Assembly (NCBI GenBank): GCA_964016885.1
Contig: OZ024749.1
Span: forward strand, 682,124-746,000
Direction of reading: 5' to 3'
Source of the DNA: Eledone cirrhosa
Lineage: Eukaryota
DNA length: 63,877 bases
Position 1 is the first letter of the stretch, and each line of letters begins with the position of its first letter. The notes beneath the pieces are model-generated. The model searched no databases. It was given only the letters and a program-made list of their open reading frames with translations, and was not told the origin of the DNA. Both the position numbers and the translations under genes were made by a program. Below are positions 26,845 to 37,790 of this stretch, one piece after another.

Positions 26845-27010
26845 GTTTCTATTTTTCGGCACAAATCCATTACGGCAGTCCATTACTGGTACTTTATTTT
26901 ATCGAATTAGTAAGTATGAAAGTCGAAGTTAACCTCGGCAGGATTTGAACTTAGAATGCAAAGGACCATAACAATACTGCAAAGCATGGTGTCTGACGCT
27001 CTACCAATAC
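26845..27010 (-). mobile_element. tRNA-derived SINE (Meta-like)
   Basis: Same family as 23198-23395. Confidence 0.7.
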
Positions 27011-27480
27011 TTGTGTTGAGCTGGTCATTAATTTATGGTGGTCGTGCGTGGAGTAGAGCAATCGCTAGTTGAAATATTATGAACAAAACATTTTTATTTG
27101 CCGAAGAACATATTTTCAATACTGTTTGTGAATGTGACGAAGGAAATACATTCTGATATGGAACAGTGTACAAAGTGTGTCTGTGAATAACATAATGTTA
27201 CCTCATGTTGTTGTCAAGACATAATGGATTTCGTATATCCAGTTAGAAGATGAAACCTAGCCATCTCGGATTAGTTATATTTCATGCCATGTGTAAACGT
27301 GTTTGAGGATAGCAAAATATGCGTGTTTCTTGTCTGGAAACTTTCTGCTAAACTGATTGGTTTCGTTTTTGGCACTATACAATACTCATCCAACAGATAG
27401 CTGTATTGGATCCTTGATTGGTTAATATTTAGGTGAGGGTGCTTGATGCAGAGTTAGTGCAAAATGGATCAATGAGTGTA

Positions 27481-28131
27481 ATAATAATAATGATAATAAT
27501 AATGAAAATATTGTGTACAATGCTGAGGTGCACTACAACTCATCAAAAGTGCATATATAATACATAGGGTAATATAAAAACGTCAGGAAAAAAGAACAGT
27601 GCATGAGTCATGATATACACATATGTGCATGTGTATGGAAGGGGGACATCAGGTGTAGTTTTGGTGTATTTCGGAATGTATGATGGTTTTAAAGGATGCA
27701 GTGTGTCATCAGCTAACAACTGATGCAGGAAGTTTGTTCCATCCTTCAGCAACTCTGAGCATGAAGAAATATTTCCTAAAGTCATGGGAGCTGTGTTGTT
27801 TTCTGACTTTGTAGGCATGTCCACGTGTTAGACACATGGAGATCAAAAAGGTGTTCGGGGTTGTTGTTGGTCGGATGGTTAATAACTTTGTGGGTGTTTA
27901 CCAAGTCCATTGCCAGAGGGAAGCAAAATATTCAGGGTATGGTAGGTGTCTGATGGAGGGTATGCGCTTGGTTGCATGTCTCTGAACAGTTTCCAGGAGG
28001 TCAATGTTCTGAGCAAGATAGGGGTTCCAGACTGATGACGCGAACTCCAAGTGTATTCGTACCATAGATGTATACAGCTTTAAATAGATGGCTGGAGAGC
28101 AGCTAATGAAGGTCTTGCTGATTGATGCCAA
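27481..28131 (-). mobile_element. CR1/L2-group LINE 3' fragment
   Basis: LYTSMVRIHLEFASSVWNPY..LETVQRHATK motif; (ATT)n tail. Confidence 0.85.
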
Positions 28132-28317
28132 GTCAATCTTAATAAATTGACTGATTTATCTGTTCACTACTGCTAATCCACCGCTGTTTGTACAATTTTT
28201 TAGATAATGTCAATTTGAGCTTGAATCATTGGCGTAATGAAATTTGAAAAGATTATAAGCAAATCTTTTTTAAAATACACAGACAACATTTAACTGTATC
28301 GTTGCAACATTAGATCT

Positions 28318-28497
28318 AATAATTGTTTCTACTTTAGGCACAAGGCCAGCAATTACCCAGTGCATTACTGGTACTTTATTTTATCTACCCCGTAAGGATG
28401 AAAGGCAAAGTCAACCTCGGCAGGATTTGAACTCAGATCGTAAAGGGACGTAACTATGCTGGAAAGCATGGCATCCGACCCTCTACCAATACTGCCA
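28318..28497 (-). mobile_element. tRNA-derived SINE (Meta-like)
   Basis: Same family as 23198-23395. Confidence 0.8.
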
Positions 28498-28524
28498 AAA
28501 TAATGGAGCAACATTTGTGCAGAA

Positions 28525-28989
28525 TTATTGTTTGTGCAATAAGATATTTGCAGATCTGTACTTGGTCTGCTCTTTAGCCAACTCGGTACGTTTAGAAGCT
28601 CTACGCTCGGCTTGCTTTTGAGATATAATAGCTGAATTTGCAGATCTATACTTGGCCTGCTTGTTTGCCAACTCATACCGTTTTGAACATCTATACTTGG
28701 CCTGTTTTTGTGTTAATTTAGCAAAATTCACAGCTCTATAATCGGCCTGTTTTTGCCTCAACTTCTCCCGATTCCGCATCCGGTAAGCTGCTTTCACATC
28801 CAATTTAATACGCCCATCTAGATTATTAGCACAGGAATGTGAACAAGCTTGTGGGACCGCATCATTGTAAGTATATGAACTGCCTGCAACATCAAGACCC
28901 AATTCACAAGTGCAGCGTTGCTCATTCACATCGGCAGTGGGGACACCAAAATCAGTGACAGGTCTCGATTCACTCGCGAGATACATCAC
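28525..28989 (-). pseudogene. 154-aa ORF with 15-aa basic helical repeats; possible Helitron/Helentron N-terminal fragment
   Basis: Five KQAxYRxxN-type units at 15-aa spacing; apparent continuation beyond the SINE (LNVVCVF*KRFAY). Confidence 0.4.
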
Positions 28990-29017
28990 AGCTACACTAT
29001 ATATTTAAACATATATA

Positions 29018-29075
29018 CAGTGATACCTCGCTACTTGGCGGTTCAACTATCGCGGATTCACGATTTCGCGCAGTT
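29018..29075 (+). mobile_element. Tigger/pogo-like terminal fragment
   Basis: TA-CAGTGATACCTCGCTAC..GCGGTTCA. Confidence 0.5.
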
Positions 29076-29270
29076 TTAGAATATATATATGAACACCTAA
29101 AATTTTTCATTAAATCCATTAAAATATTAATAATAAACACAGTTCTAATCATACGCTATATATATATATATATATATAAATATAAGTAATTAATACCGTA
29201 TAAATGGTACAAAGACTGTTTATGTAAAATGTATTTCTCAACAGAGTATTGAATACTTAGGAGAAATTCA

Positions 29271-29480
29271 AAACGAAGAGTGATAAAATTTCAAGCAAAG
29301 AGTTTAATTAGGTAATGACTTACAAATTTGTTTCAGTATATAGACAAAGCCTGAAGCGCTAATTATAATAATTAGTTAATAATATTACAAAATATATTAA
29401 TATTATATTAAATATATACTGAAACAAATTTGTAAGTCATTACCTAATTAAACTCTTTGCTTGAAATGTTATCATTCTTC

Positions 29481-29484
<4 letters not shown>
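29271..29484. repeat. About 70-bp inverted repeat ending at (TA)n
   Basis: 29271-29342 vs 29414-29484. Confidence 0.9.
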
Positions 29485-29537
<53 letters not shown>

Positions 29538-30589
29538 TTTATCTAGTCCTTCGCTCAAGATTAATCTATAAGTTTAGATGTCTGCCTTCGTTTAAGTAAA
29601 TATTACAGTAAGATTTTTAATATAAACAACTACAAAAAACAATTAATATTAAAACGAAAAAATTATCAATGATAAAAGAAGCGGATGCAACTTTTTTTTT
29701 TATAAAGTTATATTCCTGTTTCTTTAAAGAACATTTCATTTTTGTTCTATTGTAGGCGAAATAATGCAATGGTTTAATAGGGAAGATATAACTTACCAAT
29801 TATGTCTCTAACCGTGTAACGCTTTTTAAGTAGATAACTACAATTGAAAATACTAAAGAAATGGAACCAACAATTCAATTTGAAAGTCGTCTACTTATAG
29901 TGACAGTGTATTACTGGTACTTTATTTTATCGACCCCGTAACGATGAAATGCAAATGCTTAAAATTTAAATTGCCTTAATTCTATCGTCTGCTGTTTCAT
30001 TAAAGGGAGATTCTCGTCTGTATTTAATTCTATCGTCTACTGTTCCACTAAACAGATATACCTCCACTATCGTCTCTATTTATACATTTTAACTTATAAC
30101 TTATACACATTTGATTTGAAATATTTTATCTAGTCCCCCCTCTCAATATTATGATGATTTCTTTCGAATGAAACAGTTCTAGTCCTGTAGAAGCCATTTA
30201 TATATATAATTGAACTGAGTTAAAAATTCACAATATTTATAATTAAATAAGCTCATATATATATGTGTGTATTTATCTGTTTATTGTATTATATATAATG
30301 TGTGTATATACAGGATGTCCCCCAAAAATATATACACACTTCAACAGCATTCTAATAACTATTGCCTGTACAGGTAATCAAAGTGTCAATCGAATGTTAG
30401 TTTCGTGTTTTAACAGTACAAATTTACAATACACACATAAAACCAGTGTATATACATACATGAGTGTGTATACACATACATGAATGTGTATATACAATAT
30501 ATATGTATATATATATAGACACATATATTCACGGTGCAACGGAACATTAAAATATAGATGCCGGAGGGGGGTGTATATATAGGGGCGCT

Positions 30590-30862
30590 GGGGATAAAGG
30601 AGTGTAAAGCGTGTGTAATTGATATATTGAAGGAGAGGAGCGTGCAGCGATAGAGTAACAAATATATAGAGAGGGGGAGAGATGGTATTGAAGGGGAGGA
30701 GTGCAAAGCGAAAGAGTAAGAGAGATATATATATAGAAACGGAACAGATAGAGAGAAACAGGCGTAAGTAACAGTGGAAGAGATATATAGAGAGGGGGAA
30801 ATGTGTTATTGAAGGGGAGGAGTGTAAAGCGAAAGCGTAAGATATATATAGAGAGAGGGGAA
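30590..30862. repeat. GA-rich degenerate tandem repeat
   Basis: Recurrent TATTGAAGGGGAGGAGTG(C/T)AAAGCGAAAG. Confidence 0.7.
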
Positions 30863-30918
30863 TAGTATATATATATATATATATATACGTTATTCCGGGT
30901 TGAATCGGAGGTAACCAC

Positions 30919-30937
30919 AACCAATCAGAGTAAGTGT

Positions 30938-30971
<34 letters not shown>

Positions 30972-30990
30972 ACACTTACTCTGATTGGTT
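30919..30990. repeat. Perfect palindrome centred on (TA)n
   Basis: AACCAATCAGAGTAAGTGTTGA-(TA)n-TCAACACTTACTCTGATTGGTT. Confidence 0.95.
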
Positions 30991-31169
30991 GAAAATTAGC
31001 CAATGACATACGATCACCACCACCACGGCTATCCCCGAAAAATTTATGAAGATGTTAGGCATATATGTTAGAACACGAAAAGTGAACATTCTGTTGTTTC
31101 ACACTTTTCGTGTTCTAACAGATATATATATATATAAAGAAATTAAAAGATGGTTAAAAAAGTTCCATA

Positions 31170-31240
31170 TATTTTATTATGCACATTTCAGAAACAAATA
31201 TCATCCTGGGACGATAATTGCGTTCTCATCAGATAAAATA
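31170..31240 (-). ncRNA. Type I hammerhead ribozyme with long stem II
   Basis: TATTTTAT-CTGATGA-(36-nt imperfect hairpin)-GAAA-TGTGCA-TA-ATAAAATA. Confidence 0.75.
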
Positions 31241-31292
31241 AGGTAACATGATATGATGCCTAAAAACACTTGTGAACAAGAAAGTGTCCATT

Positions 31293-31342
<50 letters not shown>

Positions 31343-31356
31343 GTATATATATATAC

Positions 31357-31968
31357 ACATGGTGGCTGCCAACTCGTTTTCGGGTACGGCCACTACTTTA
31401 TATCCATGTAGGAGAGCCCCTACTGATGCGCAGAACGAGTGTGACTTTTTAGTCCAGCCAGTGACTTGAAAACTCTGGTACAAACACTACACTTGTGACA
31501 ATTATTGACACATAGTGCTGGGCCCATGGTACCATGTAACGACAAGTGCAGAGAGATCTCCAGATATAAAGCAATGCATGTGCCGTGAAGTTTTTATAGT
31601 GAGCAAAGGCACTGCACAAAGCCAGTCCCACTCTCTTAACCAAGATGATATTTACCAAAAAGAAGAACAAGTCAACATCATTGGATACCATCAGGGTTGC
31701 AGGTGTTATATCAGAGTTTTCCTTCTCCTAGAATTCTGCCTTGATAAAGGCTAAGGGGTCATCTCTCCCGGTGATTTTGGATGGCCATTGACTCTTAAGA
31801 GCTCCTTTGCCCTTTGACAGGTTTTGTTTTTAGTCCTGCAGGATGTCCAAAGTCACCCTCCTCACCAAGAAACCTTGGTGGGGTTGCCAGTTTAGTTGCC
31901 AACGACCCGACCATGAGACAGGTTGTACTGGGATACATGTTACCAGTAGCACCAACTGGTGACCTGAC
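31357..31968 (-). mobile_element. Non-autonomous bipartite RTE-derived element, copy B
   Basis: RTE 5'UTR motif TCTAGGAGAAGGAAAACTCTG and 3' end AACGAG..GGCAGCCA.CATGT like that of the adjacent RTE; direct repeat of 33635-34246. Confidence 0.8.
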
Positions 31969-31974
31969 CATATA

Positions 31975-33631
31975 TACACATACCTACATACATACATACA
32001 TGATGGCTGCCCCCTCGTTATCGAGTATGGCCATTCCACGAGAAAAAAAAAAAATATATATATATATATACACATATATATATACATATATATTAATAAC
32101 AATAATAATAATAATAACAACAATAATAATAATGACAACAACAACAATAATAATATACATATATATATATATATACACACACACGCACACACATAAACAT
32201 ATCTATACACACACACGATAGCAACTAACAGCGCTGCGATCGAATGTGGCTTTTAAGCCCAGCCAATGATCTAAAATGTCTTGCACAGAGTCGGCAACCA
32301 AAACATTCACTGGAAATAGCCGGCTGTGGTTGGAGTTCATGTACTTTTGCATGTCGTTTGAGCCCTCCTGCTGATTTACATTCTCTACCACATGCTTGGC
32401 AAGCATGATGAGTAGCATCTCCAACAGCAGCCTGGTAGTCAACCACTGGTCTTACTTTATGACTGCGAAGATGACTTTCGAGTCCAGCTTTGCTTAGGCA
32501 GAGTCTCGCACAGACGCTGCATGTCAGCACCATAGGAGGACCCTCGCCGTCTGGAAGTGCAACAGCAATGCCCTTCCTCACATCCCGCTTTACTTTCTCG
32601 TATGCGATTCGAGATGCCTCAAAGGCAACTTTTCCCTCATATACAGTCTTTCTCCATTTATTACGATCAGCAGCAATATTTTCCCATGTATCAGCAGAGA
32701 TGTTAGCGTCTTTCAAAGAGGCTTTCAAGGAATCCTTATACCTCTTTTTTGGTTTATGTGGCGGTCGTTTTCCTTTAACTAACTCTCCATAAAAGAGTTG
32801 TTTTGGTATTCTAGAATCCTTCATCCTGGCAAGGTGACCACTCCAACGAAGTCGTTGCTTAAGCACAAGAGCTTCTATACTGTCACACATAGAGCTTTCC
32901 AAAATCTCGACATCACTGATGTGGTCCCTCCAGTGAACGCCATGGATCCGTCTGACACACATCTGATGGAAACGCTCCAATTGCTTAAGGTGGTGTCGAT
33001 GTGACCCAGGTCTCGCAGGCATAAAGAAGAGAAGAGAGCACATATGTCTTGTACACCTTTACCTTTGTCTTCTTGCATATGTCTCGCCGACCCCAGAGTC
33101 GTCTTTCTAGCTTTCCGAAAGCATCACTTGCTTTCCTAATCCTAAGTGAGATTTCACTATCAAGGCTGCTGTATCGATTGACAGTGCTTCCCAGGTAGAC
33201 AAACTGATCAACCACTCCAAGTCGTTTACCATACACATAGATATTTGGTTCACTGTACTGCCTACCAGGTTGGTACATGACGACGGTTTTCTTGAGACTG
33301 ACAGTCAATCCTAGGGCAGTGCAAGCATCAGAAAATGCATTCAAAATGTGCTGTATATCACTCTCTGTGTGCGCTACAAGATCGCAATCATCTGCATACA
33401 AGAGGTCTCTTATGATTGATGTAAATACTTTTGTCTTTGCAGCAAAGCGCCAGATGTTAAATATGCTGCTTGAGGTTCGATATCGGATGTAAACACCATG
33501 CTCGCAATTCCTGAAGGCAATACAGAAAACCATTGCAAAGTATATGGCAAACAGGGTCGGTGCTGGAATATCCCCGTTTCACTCCATTTTTTACTGAGAT
33601 AGGCTCCGACATGTTACCTCCGACATTAACC
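31975..33631 (-). mobile_element. RTE (BovB-like) LINE, 5'-truncated, two frameshifts, three C-terminal C2H2-type fingers
   Basis: APTLF, LLYADD, YLGS, LLYACETW, RLRWSGHLARM..PKQLFYGEL; 3' end GGCAGCCATCATGTATGTATG. Confidence 0.95.
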
Positions 33632-33634
33632 CAT

Positions 33635-34246
33635 ACATGGTGGCTGCCAACTCGTTTTCGTGTACGGCCACTACTTTATATCCATGTAGGAGAACCCCTA
33701 CCGATGCGCTGAACGAGTGTGACTTTTTAGTCCAGCCAGCGATTTGAAAACTCTGGTACAAACACTACACTTGTGACAATTATTGACACATAGTGCTGGG
33801 CCCATGATACCATGTGACGACAAGTGCAGAGAGATCTCCAGATACAAAGCAATGCCTGTGCCGTGAAGCTTTTATAGTGAGCAAAGGCACTGCACAAAGC
33901 CAGTCCCACTCTCTTAACCAAGATGATATTTACCAAAAAGAAGAACAAGTCAACATCATTAGATACCATCAGTGTTGCAGGTGTTATATCAGAGTTTTCC
34001 TTCTCCTAGAATTCTGCCTTGATAAAGGCTAAGGGGTCATCTCTCCCAGTGATTTTGGATGGCCATTGACTCTCAAGAGCTCCCCTGCCCCCCGACAGGC
34101 CCCGCCTCCAGTCCCGCAGGATGTCCAAAGTCACCCTCCTCACCAAGAAACCTTGGTGGAGCCGCCAGCCTAGTCGCCAACAACCCAACTATGGGACAGG
34201 TTGTACTGGAATACATGTTACCAGTAGCACCAACTGGTGACCTGAC
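33635..34246 (-). mobile_element. Non-autonomous bipartite RTE-derived element, copy A (A-to-G hypermutated segment)
   Basis: Ungapped 612-bp direct repeat of 31357-31968 (offset 2278). Confidence 0.8.
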
Positions 34247-34373
34247 ATACATATATACATATATATTTTTAAATATATATTATTGTTAATTAATAAATAA
34301 ATCAACTAATACCTTAACACTTCACACAAAGTAAAATATTTAGTTTTAATCATTTTCTAACCCATATGCATAT

Positions 34374-34428
<55 letters not shown>

Positions 34429-34553
34429 TATACATATATATATATACATATATATATATGCACATATATATATATATATACATAGCTTCCAACAGCAATG
34501 GTTGCATTCTTTAAGGGTATGTCAATATTTATTTATAAAACTGCTCTATATTA

Positions 34554-34617
34554 TATTTTATCTGATGAAAGTACACCATAATTTACTTGGTGTCCTTGAA
34601 ATATGTATAATGAAATA
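34554..34617 (+). ncRNA. Type I minimal hammerhead ribozyme (18842 family)
   Basis: TATTTTAT-CTGATGA-AAGTACACC/GGTGTCCTT-GAAA-TATGTA-TA-ATGAAATA within a (TA)n-flanked fragment at 34484-34657. Confidence 0.8.
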
Positions 34618-34702
34618 AATATGGTTTTATAAATATAGTTTCCATTTGTTAATATCATGTATATATATATATATATATATATTTATTAAAATAACAGATT
34701 AA

Positions 34703-34753
34703 AGTTTAAGCAAAGAATCGCTGCTTTCACTCTGAACGGGATCTTCAGAAACT
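34703..34753 (-). ncRNA. Type I hammerhead ribozyme
   Basis: AGTTT-CTGAAGA-TCCCGTTCAGAGT-GAAA-GCAG/TTGC-TT-AAACT. Confidence 0.75.
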
Positions 34754-34831
34754 CTACGGTTCTTATATATTTGATATATATTTGTCCTTATCGAGCCCTC
34801 TTTGGATTTTAGTCTTCAAATTTATTATTAT

Positions 34832-34866
<35 letters not shown>

Positions 34867-35047
34867 TGTAATAAACAACATAAGATAATTATTTCATATA
34901 TTTAGAATTGGTGCTCTGAAGTATATATATGTATATATATATGAATGTATACATAGTCTATTTTGCAATACACTGTATGCTTAATTAAAAGCATTTTGAA
35001 AACCTTACGCTATTGTTTTAAAGTAGTGACTATGTCACTTACTTCTT

Positions 35048-35139
35048 TTTTCAGCAAACAAAGGGAGATAAGCTGACAGATCTCTGTTTCGTACTGTTGG
35101 TACTCCTCAGAGCATAGCACTCCCTTTGCTTGCTGAAAA
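35048..35139 (-). ncRNA. Full-length type I hammerhead ribozyme (GUC site)
   Basis: GCT-CTGAGGA-GTAC/GTAC-GAAA-CAG/CTG-TC-AGC, plus an internal loop and a 20-bp stem I extension. Confidence 0.9.
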
Positions 35140-35448
35140 TTATGAATGAGCAACTTGATTATATAGAGCGGTTGCCGGTCCAGCAACAATTGAAAATTAG
35201 AATGGGTGCTCTGAAATAGCAATATATATATGAATGTATATATAGAGTGTATTTTACAATACACTGTATGCTTAAGAATCCAACATTCATAATTTTCAGC
35301 AAGCAAACGGAGATCTGTCAGCTTATCTCCCTTTGTTTGCTGAAAAAAGAAGTAAGTGACATAGTCACTACTTTAAAACAATAGCGTAAGGTCTTCAAAA
35401 TGCTTTTAATTAAGCATACAGTGTATTGCAAAATACACTATGTATACA

Positions 35449-35502
<54 letters not shown>

Positions 35503-35503
<1 letters not shown>

Positions 35504-36203
35504 GGCAATTTCTGTCTGTGTTTGTTTGTGAACCTAAAACTCAAAAACTACCAAACCGATCTTGATGAAACTTGACACGTATGTGGCTCTCATACCCATT
35601 TGATTTCTTACGTATATTTCATTTTAATCAAAGGGTTCCTCGGGAGCTCAAAGCCCCGATGAAAATTTTTTCCCTTCGATTTATATGAAACCATAGGTAA
35701 ATGACAAGATATGATGCCTATTCACAAAATTTCAATAATGGGGGGTTAAACTCCCTATCTATATACATAAATGGCAATTTCTGTCTGTATGTGTTTGTTT
35801 GTGAACCTAAAACTCGAAAACTACCAAACCGATCTTGATGAAACTTGACACGTGTGTGGGGCTCATGCCCATTTGATTTCTTACGTACTTTGAAGTTTTA
35901 AAAAATCGATAATTTCCAGTTTGCATCGATTTTTTTAAAAAATGAATAGGAAATTTGTATGCAAATGCTCATATGAATGTTATTTTCTGCCATAACTTTT
36001 AAAGAAAATTATCCAGACCACTTGAGCAAAGCGAAGCTGATTTTTGATTAACTGATGAGCGAATTTTGGCTTCAGCTGTTGTGGGCTTAAAATGTTCTCC
36101 ATAAATCAACTTAATATTCTCTGCTTGCTGTAACATTTATTTTTGGTCTAAGAGGCATTTTAATGGGAACTGGGAATATCCCCGCTCCCGGGTACCTCAG
36201 CTA
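35503..36203 (+). mobile_element. Non-autonomous Helitron with duplicated 5' part
   Basis: TC start at 35758, AACTC.AAAACTAC.AAACCGAT..TGAAA subterminal motif twice, GC-rich end and CTAG|T terminus. Confidence 0.75.
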
Positions 36204-36210
36204 GTATGTA

Positions 36211-36461
36211 TGTTGTAGTTAGAAAAAGCTATCTCACTTACCGCTTTTCACAGACGCCGCTAAATTCCGCTGCAGGAACTCCTCTTCCACGTGCGTCCGA
36301 CTGCTTAAAACCGGGAGCTGCCCAAAACGCGTCCTCACCGTATGCTGGTCACCACTAGAGAGAGGCCCTCTCCTGGCCCTTCTCGTCGAGCATCCTTCCG
36401 GTCAAAGACCCCTTCCGGTCGAGCACTCCCCCCCCCCGGCCACCGCACGCCACACCATACC

Positions 36462-36465
<4 letters not shown>
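36211..36465. mobile_element. GC-rich solo-LTR-like segment
   Basis: TGT..ACA termini, CpG-rich; no TSD or internal region seen. Confidence 0.3.
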
Positions 36466-36531
<66 letters not shown>

Positions 36532-36574
36532 TACATTCTTCTAAATTAAATTTTGTATATGTGAGTGTGACTTC

Positions 36575-36812
36575 GGTCGCTCTCCGACAGGTTTGCGGTC
36601 GTGCCTCTAGCAGTGGAAACTTCTGGTGTCCTTGGCCCTAGGGCTACCTCCCTACTTACCACCATAGGAGCTGAGCTTGCTAGCCACAGGTGTGAGCCTT
36701 GCGAGATGGAATGGCTCTTACAGCGCATCTCCCTTACCATCGAGTCTGTCGGCGGGGCCGTTGGCCGGCCAGCACGTGGACCCCATTTGCTCATAATACA
36801 GAGAGATGGGGA
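36575..36812 (+). mobile_element. CRE-clade RLE retrotransposon C-terminal fragment
   Basis: PLAVETSGVLGPRA..LL..IG..WLLQRISL motif. Confidence 0.7.
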
Positions 36813-37790
36813 GGGCGAGAGAGATGGAGTTCGGCTCTTCCGTGTTTGGACACATTGATCAATTCTATGTTGCTGTTGATACTTAAATATCCGACCATTA
36901 TTAATACATTAATAAGAAACAGTACAGATGTAAAGACGTACGTTTTATAAAAACAGTTATTTTATACTTTTCCCAACAATTAGAAACCCGACCACGAACG
37001 ATAAAATTGTTTGTACTTTCGGCACAAGGCCAGCAATTATCCAGTACATTACTGGTACTTTATTTTATCGACCTCGTAAGGATGAAAGGCAAAGTTAACC
37101 TTGGCGGGATTTAAATAAAGAAATAATAAGTGTTCGTTATTGTACTAACAGAAATCATCAATTGCTAGCCTTGTGCCAAAAAGTAGAAAATTATTCTTAT
37201 TATAAAAGACATTGTTATTCTAATTAAACAAGGTGATCAACATTATTCTGTTTATATTGCGGCTGTTTGAAGTTAAATCTAAGTCTTGTTTAAAAACACA
37301 ATTGTAGTAAAAATAACAACAGAATTCTTATTGAAATATTTTTTTCCGGTAAAGCTTATTTATATACATTGATAGATATATCTTATTTATCTATCTATAT
37401 CTAGATTTATATATAATCCTTGATCGAAAACTATCTATTGAACAATAAAAACATTTCTTTAAAATCAATACTTACATATATATGTGTCTGTATTGAAATA
37501 TTCGCTGTTGTATTTATTGTGAAAAGTAGCAAAAAAGTCCAACTAAATTTCCTCTCATTAATAAATAATAAATAAACCAGTAAAAGTTAACGTTTCGTAA
37601 ATAATCGAAGATGTTTTTATTTAGCTTTTGGTCAGTTATTATAATATATAATAATAAATATTATTTTAACGATAAACTAAAAGGAAAATATTTTGGATAT
37701 AAACAGCGTGTTGGTACATAGTATGTGAAGATAAATAAAGATAGATGTACATTTGGCTGTATATATATAATATATATATATTATATATAT

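Noticed and set aside
29345-29436. CTGAAGC ... GAAACAAATTTGTA hammerhead-like motif
   Set aside because: Core mismatch, no convincing stem I or stem II
31780-31968. HDV-like ribozyme at the RTE-type 5' end
   Set aside because: Such ribozymes are known in RTE 5'UTRs and hairpins are present, but I could not assemble the nested double pseudoknot by eye; needs a descriptor search
31357-34246. LTR retrotransposon interpretation of the 612-bp direct repeats
   Set aside because: No TG..CA termini, PBS, PPT, gag or integrase; the interior is a non-LTR RTE with its own 3' tail
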